Shown: positions 1-11,633 of the stretch, one piece after another
How the letters are laid out: every line of letters begins with the position of its first letter
Numbering within the stretch: the first letter of the stretch is position 1
DNA from: an uncultured Janthinobacterium sp.
GTDB taxonomy: Bacteria; Vulcanimicrobiota; Vulcanimicrobiia; Vulcanimicrobiales; Vulcanimicrobiaceae
Reading direction: 5' to 3'
DNA length: 20,459 nt
Assembly: GCA_964658025.1 (NCBI GenBank)
Contig: CAZZXB010000048.1
Location: forward strand, 1-20,459
The notes under the pieces: generated by a model
The model's input: only the letters and a program-made list of their open reading frames with translations
What the model was told of the DNA's origin: nothing
Databases searched by the model: none
Translations under genes and position numbers: made by a program

Positions 1-1277
1 CCGCGACGCTCGCGGATCCACGGACCGAGCCGCCGTTCTTCGCCCTGCGCGCCCGGTTCGAAATACGCGCGCGAGCGGAGGTTCTCCGGAAGGTACGGCT
101 CTAAACGTTCCGGCGGCGGCAGGTCGCCGCTCGCGGCGGTCGCGGCGTAGTCGTCGTGCGCGTAGCGATAGCCGTCGCCGTAGCCGAGGGTCCGCATGAG
201 ACCCGTCGGCGCGTTGCGTAAGGCGAGCGGAACCGGATCGTTACGCGTCGCTTCCACGTCGGCGAGCGCGGCCTTGTAGGCGCGGCCGACGCTGTTGGAT
301 TTCGGCGCCGTGGCGAGATAGAGCGTCGCGTGCGCGAGCGGATAGAAGCCTTCCGGCATCCCGATGAAGTGGACGGCCTGTTGCGCCGCGATCGCGACCG
401 AGAGACCGCGCGAATCCGCGAGGCCGACGTCTTCCGATGCGAGGATCACGATGCGGCGCGCGATGAAGAGCGGATCCTCGCCCGCATCGATCATCCGCGC
501 GAGCCAATAGACGGCGCCGTCGGGATCGCTCCCGCGCACCGACTTGATGAACGCGCTGATGACGTCGTAGTGGTTGTCGCCCTTCTTGTCGTACGCGACG
601 ATCCGGCGCTGTAACGCATCCGCGATGAGCGCCTTGTCGATCCGCGCGACGCCCTCCGCATCGCGCGACGCCGCGCTCGCGGCGAACTCGAGCGTCCCGA
701 GCGCGACGCGCGCGTCGCCGTTGGCGAGCCGGACGAGGGCGCCGAGACCTTCGTCGTCGATCGCGACGCGGTCCGCGCCGAGCCCCCGTTCGCGATCGTC
801 GAGCGCGCGTCGGACGAGCCGTTCCACGTCGTCGTCGGAGAGGGCGCGCAAGACGAACACGCGCGAGCGCGAGAGGAGCGCGGAATTGACTTCGAACGAC
901 GGGTTCTCCGTCGTCGCGCCGATCAAGACGATCGTGCCGTCCTCGACGTACGGCAACACCGCGTCCTGTTGCCCCTTATTGAATCGGTGGATCTCGTCGA
1001 CGAAGAGCACCGTGCGTTTCCCGAGCGTCCGCGCGCGCTTCGCGTCCGCGACGACCGCGCGGAGGTCGGCGACGCCGGCGCTCACGGCCGAGAGACCGAC
1101 GAAGTTCGCGCCCGTCGTCTTCGCGACGATCTCCGCGAGCGTCGTCTTTCCCGTGCCGGGCGGACCCCAGAGGATCATCGACGGAACGGTATCCGCTTCG
1201 ATCGCGCGCCGCAGCGCGTGCCCCGGGCCGACGATATGGTCTTGGCCGACGTACTCGTCGAGCGTCCGCGGACGCAT
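1..1277 (-). CDS. rarA: Replication-associated recombination protein A (RarA/MgsA AAA+ ATPase), 3' end runs off the window
   Basis: Not in the ORF track; translated by hand. PLAARMRPRTLDEYVGQDH N-terminus, Walker A LWGPPGTGKTT (~1141-1173), Walker B LFVDEIHRFNKGQQD, GATTENPSF, ISAFIKSVRGSDPD, ASEDVGLAD, LRNAPTGLM, GYGDGYRYAHD. The frame is open to position 1. The first ATG outside the upstream gene is at 1277 (MRP), but family-like sequence (GLFE...PLAAR) continues upstream, so the true start may be nearer 1343. Confidence 0.95.
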   Translation of the reverse strand, partial: MRPRTLDEYVGQDHIVGPGHALRRAIEADTVPSMILWGPPGTGKTTLAEIVAKTTGANFVGLSAVSAGVADLRAVVADAKRARTLGKRTVLFVDEIHRFNKGQQDAVLPYVEDGTIVLIGATTENPSFEVNSALLSRSRVFVLRALSDDDVERLVRRALDDRERGLGADRVAIDDEGLGALVRLANGDARVALGTLEFAASAASRDAEGVARIDKALIADALQRRIVAYDKKGDNHYDVISAFIKSVRGSDPDGAVYWLARMIDAGEDPLFIARRIVILASEDVGLADSRGLSVAIAAQQAVHFIGMPEGFYPLAHATLYLATAPKSNSVGRAYKAALADVEATRNDPVPLALRNAPTGLMRTLGYGDGYRYAHDDYAATAASGDLPPPERLEPYLPENLRSRAYFEPGAQGEERRLGPWIRERR

Positions 1278-1362
1278 GCGGGCCGCGAGCGGACCCGGCG
1301 TATCCCGCTCGAAGAGCCCGACCGCGTCGCCCGAGCGTGCCGTTAGCGGCTCGCTTCCGACA

Positions 1363-2024
1363 TTAGAGGATCCGTTTCTTCTTCGATTTTTTCGGCGGCG
1401 GCGCGAGACCCGGTTGCGGCGTCTCGACGGGCGAGGTGATCGTCACGTCGCCGTTTCCGTCGACTTGGCCCGTGTTCGTGTCGTAGTCGAGCACGTCCGC
1501 ATCGATCGAACGTTCGCCCTCGCGCACGTGGACGTGCCCCTCCATGTGGAGGTGATGGTTCGACTCGTCGAGCACCGCGCGATCCGACGTCGCCTCGCGA
1601 CCGCCGTCTTGCGAGAAGTGCATGTTCCCGGTCGCCGTGTAGAGTTGGCGCGTGCCGTCGACGTCGAGCGTGTCGCAGGTGAGCGTCGACGGGCGCTGCG
1701 CGAGACTCGCTTCTTTGCCGCTCATCGAACCCGACGCTTGCGTCTGATGGACGACGACGTGGCCGACCGCGTGGAGGAGCTTGCGTTGCGAATTCCCGCT
1801 CGCCTGATCGGCCGCGATATCCGTCCCTTCGCGCGTCGCGAAGAAGTGCGACGGGAACTTGAAGTCGCCGTCGTTGAGGTTGTAGTGGAACTGCGCCGTC
1901 TTGATCGTATCGAAGCCCGCGAAATGGTTGAGCGTCGAGTTCACGGGCGGGCTCGGATTCTGCGGCGTCGCCGCGGCAACGGTCGGCGCGAGCGCGAGCG
2001 CGACGGCGGCCGCGCGGATCCGTC

Positions 2025-2028
<4 letters not shown>
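1363..2028 (-). CDS. Exported LptA/OstA-like beta-jellyroll protein
   Basis: Signal-peptide-like N-terminus (MRRIRAAAVALALAPTVAAA). Repeated OstA-type strands (LHAVGHVVVHQ, TLTCDTLDVD, YTATGNMHFSQ, ATSDRAVLD, LHMEGHVHVRE, IDADVLDYDTNTG, GNGDVTI). Pro/Lys-rich tail. The GTG start overlaps the upstream TGA (GTGA). Confidence 0.75.
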
Positions 2029-3703
<1,675 letters not shown>

Positions 3704-3775
3704 TCAGGTTCGGCGACATCTCGAATCGAACGGAGCGCGCGAGTCCGAGACGGCCGCGGAATCGTCCGACGACCG

Positions 3776-5125
3776 CTACACGACTTTCGGGTAGACCGTC
3801 GTCTCGTAGGTGCCGAGCGGTTCCGTCACGTGCGCGATCCCGCTCGAGCGTTGCACGACGCCGCCGAGTGCGGAGAGCATCTCCTCGAGTCGCTCGTAGC
3901 CGCGATCGACGTATTCGAGCCCGATGATCTCCGTCTCGCCCTGCGCCGCGAGCCCCGCGACGACGAGCGCCGCACCCGCGCGGATGTCGGGCGCTTCGAC
4001 GGGCGCGCCCGAGAGGGGTAATCCGCCGCGGATCAACGCCGTGTTGTTGTCGATCGCCACGCGGACGTCGGCACCCATGCGGACGAGTTCGTTGATGTAG
4101 GAGAAGCGCGCGTTGAAGATCGTCTCCTCGACGACGCTCCGGCCCGGAGCCGTGCAGAGAAAGCTCAGCATCGGCGGTTGGAGATCGGTCGGAAAACCCG
4201 GGTGGGGCGCGGTGAGGACGTCCGTGCCGCCCGCGATCCGTTCCGCGCGCACGCGAATCCAATCGGTCCCGGTCGTCACCTCCACGCCGCACTCCTCGAG
4301 CTTCTCGAGCGTCGCCGTGAGGTGTTCGGGGACGCAGCGCGTGACGGTCACGTCGCCGCGCGTCGCGCAGCCCGAGAGCAACAGCGTCCCCGTGACGATG
4401 CGATCCGCGATCACCTCGTACTCGACGCCGTGTAATTCCGCGACGCCGTCGACGACGATCGTGTCGGTGCCTTGCCCCGCCACGCGCGCGCCCATCGCGA
4501 TGAGGAAGTTCGCGAGATCGACGACTTCGGGTTCCATCGCGACGTTGCGCAGCGTCGTCGTCCCCTCGGCGAGCACGCTCGCGAGCAACGCGTTCTTCGT
4601 CGCGCCGACGCTCGGTTGGCGGAAGGCGATGTCGGCGCCGTGCAGGCGGCCCTGCGGGCTCGTCGCGATGAGATACCCGTGCGCGTTCGAGACGTCGGCG
4701 CCGAGCGCGTTGAAGGCGGTCTCGTGCATGTCCGTCGCGCGCGTGCCGAGCACGCAACCGCCCGGAAGCGGAACCTCGGCGCGACCGAAGCGACCGAGTA
4801 ACGGCCCGACGAGATCGAACGACGCCGCGAGCTTGCGCACGAGCGTGTACGGCGCGCGGTGTTGCGCGACGCCCGACGCGTCGATCGTGATCGAATTCGT
4901 CCCGGCCGAGCGCACCTGCGCGCCGAGCGATTCGAGCAACTGCCACATCACCGAGACGTCGGTGATGCGCGGAATGCGATGCAACGTCACGGGCGTTTTC
5001 GCCAGGAGCGCCGCGGCCATGATCGGGAGCGCCGCGTTCTTCGCGCCGTGCGTCTCCACGGAGCCGCGCAAGGCGTGGCCGCCGCGGACGCGGAGCGTGG
5101 TTTCGAGCCGATCGAGGACGTTCAT
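3776..5125 (-). CDS. murA: UDP-N-acetylglucosamine 1-carboxyvinyltransferase
   Basis: GAKNAALP, LPGGCVLGTR (active-site Cys retained), PSVGATKN, EPEVVDLANFL, PHPGFPTDLQ, ETIFNARF, APDIRAGAALVVAGL, VDRGYE. Confidence 0.97.
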   Translation of the reverse strand: MNVLDRLETTLRVRGGHALRGSVETHGAKNAALPIMAAALLAKTPVTLHRIPRITDVSVMWQLLESLGAQVRSAGTNSITIDASGVAQHRAPYTLVRKLAASFDLVGPLLGRFGRAEVPLPGGCVLGTRATDMHETAFNALGADVSNAHGYLIATSPQGRLHGADIAFRQPSVGATKNALLASVLAEGTTTLRNVAMEPEVVDLANFLIAMGARVAGQGTDTIVVDGVAELHGVEYEVIADRIVTGTLLLSGCATRGDVTVTRCVPEHLTATLEKLEECGVEVTTGTDWIRVRAERIAGGTDVLTAPHPGFPTDLQPPMLSFLCTAPGRSVVEETIFNARFSYINELVRMGADVRVAIDNNTALIRGGLPLSGAPVEAPDIRAGAALVVAGLAAQGETEIIGLEYVDRGYERLEEMLSALGGVVQRSSGIAHVTEPLGTYETTVYPKVV

Positions 5126-5179
5126 GGCAGGCCCGAGAGGTTTGGCGCCGCCCGTCGCGGCTCCCGTGACCCGCGCGCG

Positions 5180-6049
5180 CTACGCTCGCGTTCGGTCCGA
5201 ACCCTCGCCCTTGCGGCCGCGGTCGAATCCCGCGAGGGCCCGCGCGACGAGCGATCCCGCGATGACGCCGACGCGCGATCCCGCGGTCGGGCGCGGCTCG
5301 GGCGTCCCCGCCGGAGCCCGGGTCTCGACGCGTCGCGCGACCGCACCGCGCTCGAGCCGCGCCGCGCGCTCGTCGTCGCTCTCGAGCGATTTGCGATACG
5401 AGACGATCGGCAACTGCACGACGACGCATCCCGTGCGGTGCGCGCAGCGGAGGTAGAACTCGTACTCCGATGCGTCGCGGCCGCCGGAAGCGAAGCCGCC
5501 CGCCTCGCGCGCGAGTTGGCGCAACACGACGACCGTCGAAAGCGGGATCGGATCTTCGTTTTCGAGCGTTTCCAGCAACGCGTCGCGATCGCAGCGCCGG
5601 GTGTCGGCGTCGAGCGATTCGCTCGTCTCGAACTCGCGCAGACGCGCGCCGAGCGACTCGCCGTCGGCGTCGATCTCTTCGTACTCGCTAAACGCGAAAC
5701 CGAGTCCGGGCGCGCGCTTGAGCGCGGCGTACGTCAGCTCGAGTTTGAGCGCGTGCCAGAGATCGCCGCTCGACGCGAAGGCGATCCACGGACACGTCGC
5801 GCGCGCGATCCCCGCGTTCCACGCGTTCGTACCCGGCGCGACCGGAACGACCGTCGCGCCGAAATCGGCCGCGACGCGGCGTGCGACGAGCGACGTGCCG
5901 TCGTCGACGACGAGGATCTCGCTCGGGCGCATCGTCTGCGCGCAGACGCTCTGCAGCGTTTCGGCGAGAAAGGCCGGCGACCGGACGGTGACGACGACCG
6001 TGACGGGGACCACATCTGCCGGAAATCCCGCCGGACGCTCGCTCTTCAT
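5180..6049 (-). CDS. Glycosyltransferase family 2-like protein with degenerate catalytic motifs
   Basis: FLAETLQSVCAQT, EILVVDDGTS, WNAGIARATCPWIAF, W...KLE, STVVVLR...GGF. The DxD position reads ASSGD. Confidence 0.75.
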   Translation of the reverse strand: MKSERPAGFPADVVPVTVVVTVRSPAFLAETLQSVCAQTMRPSEILVVDDGTSLVARRVAADFGATVVPVAPGTNAWNAGIARATCPWIAFASSGDLWHALKLELTYAALKRAPGLGFAFSEYEEIDADGESLGARLREFETSESLDADTRRCDRDALLETLENEDPIPLSTVVVLRQLAREAGGFASGGRDASEYEFYLRCAHRTGCVVVQLPIVSYRKSLESDDERAARLERGAVARRVETRAPAGTPEPRPTAGSRVGVIAGSLVARALAGFDRGRKGEGSDRTRA

Positions 6050-6076
6050 ACCGTGCGCCGTACCCCCTTTGTCACG

Positions 6077-7273
6077 TTATCGTCGGAATCGACCGGTAAC
6101 GTGAGGTGCTTCACGGATTTTTTTTCGCCGGAGCGCGAGCGGCGTGACGACGACGATCGCGGCGATGCTCGCGACGACGAGACCGAGCGACGCGGGCAAC
6201 CCGAACGCGTCGGCCGAGAGTCCGATCGTCGGCGGCCCGACGAGGAAGCCGACGTACCCGAACGTGGAGACCGCCGCGATCGCGACGCCCGGCCCCAGAC
6301 CCGGGATGTCGCCCGCGAGGCTGAACACGATCGGCACGACGTTCGAGAGTCCCAAGCCGACGAGCACGAACGCGACGAACGCCGCCGGCTGGGTTCGCGC
6401 GACGAGCGCGAGCGCGAGCGCCGACGCCGCGAGCGTCGCGCCGAGCACGAGGACGCGACGGCTGCCGAACCGTGCGACGATCCGGTCTCCGAAGAGACGC
6501 CCGAGCGCCATCGCGACGCTGAACGCGCCGAATCCGGCCGCGCTCGTCGCCGCGGCCGCCGCGAGCGACTCGCGCAGGTAGATCCCGCTCCAATCCGCGA
6601 CGGCGCCCTCGCCGACGAGACCGAAGAACGCGATCGCTCCGAGCGCGGCGACGACGCGCGGCGGAAAGCGTCGGGCCACGCCGCCGGGCGATCCGCGCTC
6701 GGCGAGGAGATACGGGAGCGTCGCGAGCGCGACCGCGACGCAGAGCGCCGCGACGCCGATCCCGTCCGTCGCGAGCGAGGATCCGCGCGCGATCGCGAAC
6801 GACGATCCGAGCGATCCCGCGAGTCCGCCGAAGCTGAACGCGGCGTGGAACGACGACATGAGCGGCGCGCCGTCGCCGCCTTTCTCGCGCGCCACGGCCT
6901 GCGCGTTCATCGCGACGTCGAACGCGCTGTACGCCGTGCCGATCGCGATGCAGGCGAACACGAACGCGAGATACGTCGGCGCGAGGAACGGCAACACGAG
7001 CGATAGACACGCGGCGAGCGCCGCCGTCGCGCAGATCCCGCGCGACCCGCGACGTCCGATCGCCGCACCGACGAGCGGCATCGTCACGAGCGACGCGGCG
7101 GCCGCGCCGAGTAAGGCGAAGCCGAGCGGTCCGTCCGTGACGCCGAGACGCGCTTTGAAAAGCGGGATGTGCGCGACCCACACGCCGTAGCCGAAGCCGT
7201 TGACGAAAAAGAGCGCGGCGATCGCCACGCGCGCGCGGTCGATCCGCGGCCGCGCGCGCGAGAGCTCCGTCAT
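6077..7273 (-). CDS. MFS transporter
   Basis: 398 aa with about 12 hydrophobic segments. MFS motif A-like GAAIGRRGSR and GDRIVARFGSRR, DVAMNAQA, MSSFHAAFSFGG, EGAVADWS, GFLVGPP. ATG overlaps the S46 stop (ATGA, 7270-7273). Confidence 0.92.
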   Translation of the reverse strand: MTELSRARPRIDRARVAIAALFFVNGFGYGVWVAHIPLFKARLGVTDGPLGFALLGAAAASLVTMPLVGAAIGRRGSRGICATAALAACLSLVLPFLAPTYLAFVFACIAIGTAYSAFDVAMNAQAVAREKGGDGAPLMSSFHAAFSFGGLAGSLGSSFAIARGSSLATDGIGVAALCVAVALATLPYLLAERGSPGGVARRFPPRVVAALGAIAFFGLVGEGAVADWSGIYLRESLAAAAATSAAGFGAFSVAMALGRLFGDRIVARFGSRRVLVLGATLAASALALALVARTQPAAFVAFVLVGLGLSNVVPIVFSLAGDIPGLGPGVAIAAVSTFGYVGFLVGPPTIGLSADAFGLPASLGLVVASIAAIVVVTPLALRRKKIREAPHVTGRFRR

Positions 7274-9336
7274 CGGCGCGCGGCGTCGATCTCCCGGACG
7301 ATCCGATCCGCGTGGTACACCTTCGAGAGCCCCGCGAGGAGCGCGCGGCTGTCGACCGAGACGGCGCGGTTGCGCACGGGATCGTAACCGAAATCGCCGC
7401 CGAGCGAGTAGATGTTGCCGTCGAAGATCAGTCCGATCACCTCGCCGTTCCGATCGACGAGCGGGCTTCCGGAATTACCGCCGATGATGTCGTTCGTCGT
7501 GACGAGGTTCATCGGCGTCGCGAGATCGAGCGACGATTTCGCCGCGAGCCAACTCGCGGGGAGGACGTACGGCTCGGCGCCCGTCGCGCGCTCGAAAAGG
7601 CCGCCGATGGTCGTGTACGGTGCGACGGGCGTCCCGTTCGCGTCGAAGCCCTTCACCGCGCCGTAGCTCAGGCGTAGCGTGAACGTCGCGTCGGGATCGA
7701 CGCTCGTGCCGTACACCGCGAAGCGCGCCTTCGCGATCTTCTCGGCCGCGACGCGCGTCGGCGCGTCGATCCGCGTCTCGTAGTCCTTGCGGATCGCGCG
7801 CGCTTGGGGTTCGAGCGCGCGGACGAACACGATCATCGGATCGGTCGATGCGTCGATCGCCTTTTGGCCACCGTCGTAGAGCGCGGTCCGCACCGCGGGG
7901 TCGGCGAGTTTCGTCCCGCTCACGAGCCGATGCGCGAGTTCGGTCGGCGATTCTCGGCCGAGGATCTTTTTCGTCAGCGGGTCGTCCGTGCCGAGCCGTT
8001 CGCGAATCTGCGCGAACGCGAACGCGAGCGTCACGTCCTCGAGATCGGGATAGACCGGAACCTTCGCGCCGAGCTGTTCGCGCAGTTCGGGGAGTTGCGC
8101 GTCGCGATAGCCGTCGAGTCGTTCGCCCGCCGGTTTCGTACGCTCGGCGGCGGCCCGCACGAGCGAACGTGCGTCGCCGAGCAGTCCGTTCGTGAACGCC
8201 GACGACTCCACCGTGCCCTCGCGCGGATCGAGTTCGGCGCGGAGCGTCTGCAACGCCGCGAGATCGTCCCACGCCGACCCCGCGAGCGAGCTCGCTTGCG
8301 GATTCGCCGCGACGGCCGCGCGAAGCCGCGTCTCTTCGTCGATCTTGCGGCCGAAGAACGCCGGATCTTCGAGCGCGCGCTGTTCGCCGAGAAATTCCTT
8401 GAACGCGTTCTCGACGTAGAATCGCAATTCGTGCGCTTCCCGGAGTTGCTCGGGCCCGCGCGTCTCGAACTGTTCCACGATCCCGCGCAGTTCGGCGAGA
8501 TACGGCAACACGCGCGGAAAATAATACCGGCGCGTGTATTCGAGTTGCGCGACCGTGAGCTCGCGCTGCGTCCGACCGGGATTTCCCGAGACGAACGCGA
8601 GATCGCCCGCCTTCGAGCCGTTCGCGCTCCATTTCAAGTAATCGGGCGTCGCCGCCGGTTTGCCGTTCTCGTACGCGCGCAGGATGCCGATATCGAAATC
8701 GAAGCGCGGGAAATTGAAGTTGTCGGGATCGCCGCCGAATTGCGCCACGCCGTATTCCGGCGCGAAGACGAGCCGCACGTCCGTGAACTTCTCGTAGTGA
8801 TAGAGATCGTACACGCCGCCGTGATAGAGCGAGACGACGTCGCAGCGGACGGCGGGATCGGTCCCGCACGTCGCCTCGACCCGCGCTTCGGCCGCGCGGA
8901 GCGCCGCGTTCGCCTCGCCGCCGGTCTTTCCGGCGGTCGCGCCGACGATCGTTTTCGTGACGTCCTCGATCCGCGCGAGCTGGTCGAGTTCGAAATCCGG
9001 GCACGCGATCTCGTTCGCCTCGGTCGCGGCGAGAAATCCGGACTGCACGTAGTCCTTTTGCGCCGTCGACAACTGACCGACGCATCCGACGACGCAGTGG
9101 TGATTCGTCATCACGAGTCCCTGCGGCGACACGAACGAGGCCGAACAGCCGCCCGCGATGCGCACCGACGATTTTCGCACGTGGTCGAGCAACGCGGCGG
9201 AGGGCGTGAAGCCGTATGCCTGTTGCACCTTCGCGCTCGGAAAGTTGTCGTAGGTCCACATGCCCTCATCGGCGCGGGCGACGGAGGCGAGCGAGACGAT
9301 CGACGCGACGAACAGGAGCGACAGAAAACGCGACAT
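7270..9336 (-). CDS. S46 family dipeptidyl peptidase (DPP7/DAP BII-like), exported
   Basis: Signal peptide ending ARA followed by DEGMW. GGCSASFVSPQGLVMTNHHCV (His), FGGDPDNFNFPR, PDATFTLRLSYG, NDIIGGNSGSP (Ser), GLIFDGN. Confidence 0.95.
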   Translation of the reverse strand: MSRFLSLLFVASIVSLASVARADEGMWTYDNFPSAKVQQAYGFTPSAALLDHVRKSSVRIAGGCSASFVSPQGLVMTNHHCVVGCVGQLSTAQKDYVQSGFLAATEANEIACPDFELDQLARIEDVTKTIVGATAGKTGGEANAALRAAEARVEATCGTDPAVRCDVVSLYHGGVYDLYHYEKFTDVRLVFAPEYGVAQFGGDPDNFNFPRFDFDIGILRAYENGKPAATPDYLKWSANGSKAGDLAFVSGNPGRTQRELTVAQLEYTRRYYFPRVLPYLAELRGIVEQFETRGPEQLREAHELRFYVENAFKEFLGEQRALEDPAFFGRKIDEETRLRAAVAANPQASSLAGSAWDDLAALQTLRAELDPREGTVESSAFTNGLLGDARSLVRAAAERTKPAGERLDGYRDAQLPELREQLGAKVPVYPDLEDVTLAFAFAQIRERLGTDDPLTKKILGRESPTELAHRLVSGTKLADPAVRTALYDGGQKAIDASTDPMIVFVRALEPQARAIRKDYETRIDAPTRVAAEKIAKARFAVYGTSVDPDATFTLRLSYGAVKGFDANGTPVAPYTTIGGLFERATGAEPYVLPASWLAAKSSLDLATPMNLVTTNDIIGGNSGSPLVDRNGEVIGLIFDGNIYSLGGDFGYDPVRNRAVSVDSRALLAGLSKVYHADRIVREIDAARR

Positions 9337-9517
9337 CGATTCTAGATTGAGAGCGCTCCGGTGTCGGACCTCCCCGCATTTCTTGCGGGCCTCGGCTCCT
9401 TTTCGTCCGGCGCGTCGTCGAGCGGTTCGGTACCGAGCCCGTCGCGTTCTCGGCCGGGCGCCCGACGACCGGAGATCGTTCGAACGAAACGCCCGCGGGA
9501 TCGGAAGAGGCGCGAGA

Positions 9518-11545
9518 TCAGCGGCCGCTCGCGTCGGTCGATGCCGGGATCGACGTCGGGCCGCGATCGTCGGTCGCCCGATCGCGCACGAAGGCGTCGA
9601 GCCACGCGAGCATTCGCGTGCAGACGTCGATCTGCGAATCGAGATCGTCGATGTGATGTCCGGCGTTCGGATAGATCACGAGTTCGGACGTCACGCCGTT
9701 TTCGAGCAGCGCGCGATGGAACTCTCGCGCTTGCGTCGGCGGGGTCGAGCGATCCCGCGCGCCCGCGATGTTGAGCGTCGGCGCGGTCGCGTTCGACGCG
9801 AAGAAGACGGGGCTGCGCGAGTGGTGGCGACCGGTCGGATTGTACGGCGAATCGCGCAAGAACCGCTCGTCGAACTCCGGGATGTTCGACGTGAAGTGCT
9901 GCGAGAAATAATTCGTGACGGGCGACATCGTAATCGCGGCGGCGAAGAGGTCGGTCTGCGTGACGAGCCACGCCGCCATGTATCCGCCGTAGCTCCGGCC
10001 GGTCACCGCGACGCGCGCGCGATCCGCGATGCCGCGCCGGATCAAGGCTTCGACGCCGCGCGCGATGTCGTGCGCGTCCTCGCCGCCCATGTCGCCGCGG
10101 ACGCGTCGCGCGAAGTCCGCTCCGCGACCGGCGCTCCCCCGCGGATTGGGATGGAGCACCGCGTAGCCGTGCCCGACGAGCAGCGGCGTGAACGCGTTCG
10201 ACATCGACCACGTATTGCGGTACGCCCACACGGGACCGCCGTGGACGAGCACGACGAGCGGATGCGGCCCCGGTCCGGTCGGGATCGCGACGTAGCCGCC
10301 GATCTCCAGACCGTCGCGGCCCTTCCACGTCGTCTCTTCCATTCGCCCGTTACGGCCGCGCACGTACTCCGAGCCGTCGTGCGCGAGATCGCGCACGACG
10401 CGTTGCCCGCCGTCGCGCACGATCGCGATCGCGGGAAAGCGATCGTAGGACTCGACGACGCACGCGAACGCGTCGTCGCCGATCGGAAACGCGTCGGGAT
10501 AGACGGTCCCGCACGTCTCTCGCGATTCCCATACCGTCGTCGTCGTGCCGTCGGCGTGACGTCGCCCGGCGACGGTCTCGAACCCCCGGATGCCGACGTA
10601 GAAGAGCGTCGTTTCGTCGAGCCAGGCGTGCTGCGTGACGTCGACGCCCGCGGTGTCGATCGCGGCGACGTTTCCGGACGGGAGGTCGGCGATCATCAGC
10701 TCTCCGGCGACGATCTTCCGATCGCTGCAACACGCGCGGACGAACGCGACGGATCGGCCCGACGGATCCGCCCTCGGAAGCCCGACCTGATCGTCCGCGG
10801 ACCCGTACACGACCGCGCGCGAGCCGGTCCGGATATCGATCCGTTCGACGCGCGCGCCGTACCACGCGCCTTCGTGCGCCCCATCGGAGACGACCGCGAC
10901 GACGGAGTCGGGCCCGCAGAACGCGGCTTCCCATACCGCGAACGCGTCGTCGCCGACGCGCGCGATCGTGGCCCCGCTCGTCTCCCAGATCCACAGTCGA
11001 CGCCACGAATCCGCGAGCGAGCGCTCCACCGTCGGCGCCGACGGCGCCGCGACGTCGGCGCCGACGTGCGTGCCGGATCCGTCGACGCCGGCGCGATCGG
11101 CACCGAAGCTCGTGCTCTCGATCGCGAGGCTCCGGCCGTCGGGCGACCACGCGACGTTTTCGACGATGCCCGCGATCTCGGGCGCCGCGACGACGGGGCC
11201 GCGAAGCGCGGCGTCGACGAGATAGAGACGGTCTCGGCCCGGTGACCCGCGGTCCGAGAGAAAGGCGAGCGTCGCACCGTCGGGCGACCACCGCGGTAAG
11301 CGATCGTTTCCGGAGCCGGGCAACGTGACGCACGAGCCGTCCGACACCGCGACGATCGCGACGCGGGTGACGGCGGGGACGTCGAGCGCCGGAAGGATCG
11401 TCGCCGTGAAGGCGATCCGCGAACGATCGGGCGAGACGACGACGTCTCGCGCCGCATGGATCTCGCCCAGACTCGGACCGAGCGCGCGGCGGACGTACGC
11501 CGAGACCTCGCGATGCAACGACGCGAAACGCTCGCCCGGCATCAT
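9518..11545 (-). CDS. S9 family peptidase (acylaminoacyl-peptidase-like; beta-propeller plus alpha/beta hydrolase)
   Basis: PRWSPDG and AWSPDG propeller repeats, PLVVLVHGGP, PNPRGSAGRG, nucleophile GRSYGG, Asp in GARD, His in NAGH. No signal peptide; exact start uncertain. Confidence 0.92.
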   Translation of the reverse strand: MMPGERFASLHREVSAYVRRALGPSLGEIHAARDVVVSPDRSRIAFTATILPALDVPAVTRVAIVAVSDGSCVTLPGSGNDRLPRWSPDGATLAFLSDRGSPGRDRLYLVDAALRGPVVAAPEIAGIVENVAWSPDGRSLAIESTSFGADRAGVDGSGTHVGADVAAPSAPTVERSLADSWRRLWIWETSGATIARVGDDAFAVWEAAFCGPDSVVAVVSDGAHEGAWYGARVERIDIRTGSRAVVYGSADDQVGLPRADPSGRSVAFVRACCSDRKIVAGELMIADLPSGNVAAIDTAGVDVTQHAWLDETTLFYVGIRGFETVAGRRHADGTTTTVWESRETCGTVYPDAFPIGDDAFACVVESYDRFPAIAIVRDGGQRVVRDLAHDGSEYVRGRNGRMEETTWKGRDGLEIGGYVAIPTGPGPHPLVVLVHGGPVWAYRNTWSMSNAFTPLLVGHGYAVLHPNPRGSAGRGADFARRVRGDMGGEDAHDIARGVEALIRRGIADRARVAVTGRSYGGYMAAWLVTQTDLFAAAITMSPVTNYFSQHFTSNIPEFDERFLRDSPYNPTGRHHSRSPVFFASNATAPTLNIAGARDRSTPPTQAREFHRALLENGVTSELVIYPNAGHHIDDLDSQIDVCTRMLAWLDAFVRDRATDDRGPTSIPASTDASGR

Positions 11546-11633
11546 ACGCCGCGCACGCGCGCCAGGTCGCTCGCGTTCCGCGACGGCACGATCGCGTCCG
11601 TCGTCGCCGGGATCGGCCGGATGACGGCGAGGA

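Noticed and set aside
4730..4775. Intrinsic fosfomycin-resistant MurA
   Set aside because: The active-site Cys (PGGC) is retained, not replaced by Asp.
9337..9517. Possible ribozyme or riboswitch before the S46 gene (GGACGAAA, hairpin CCCGCA-AGAAA-TGCGGG)
   Set aside because: No hammerhead CUGANGA core or other recognisable consensus; short stems are common at this GC content.
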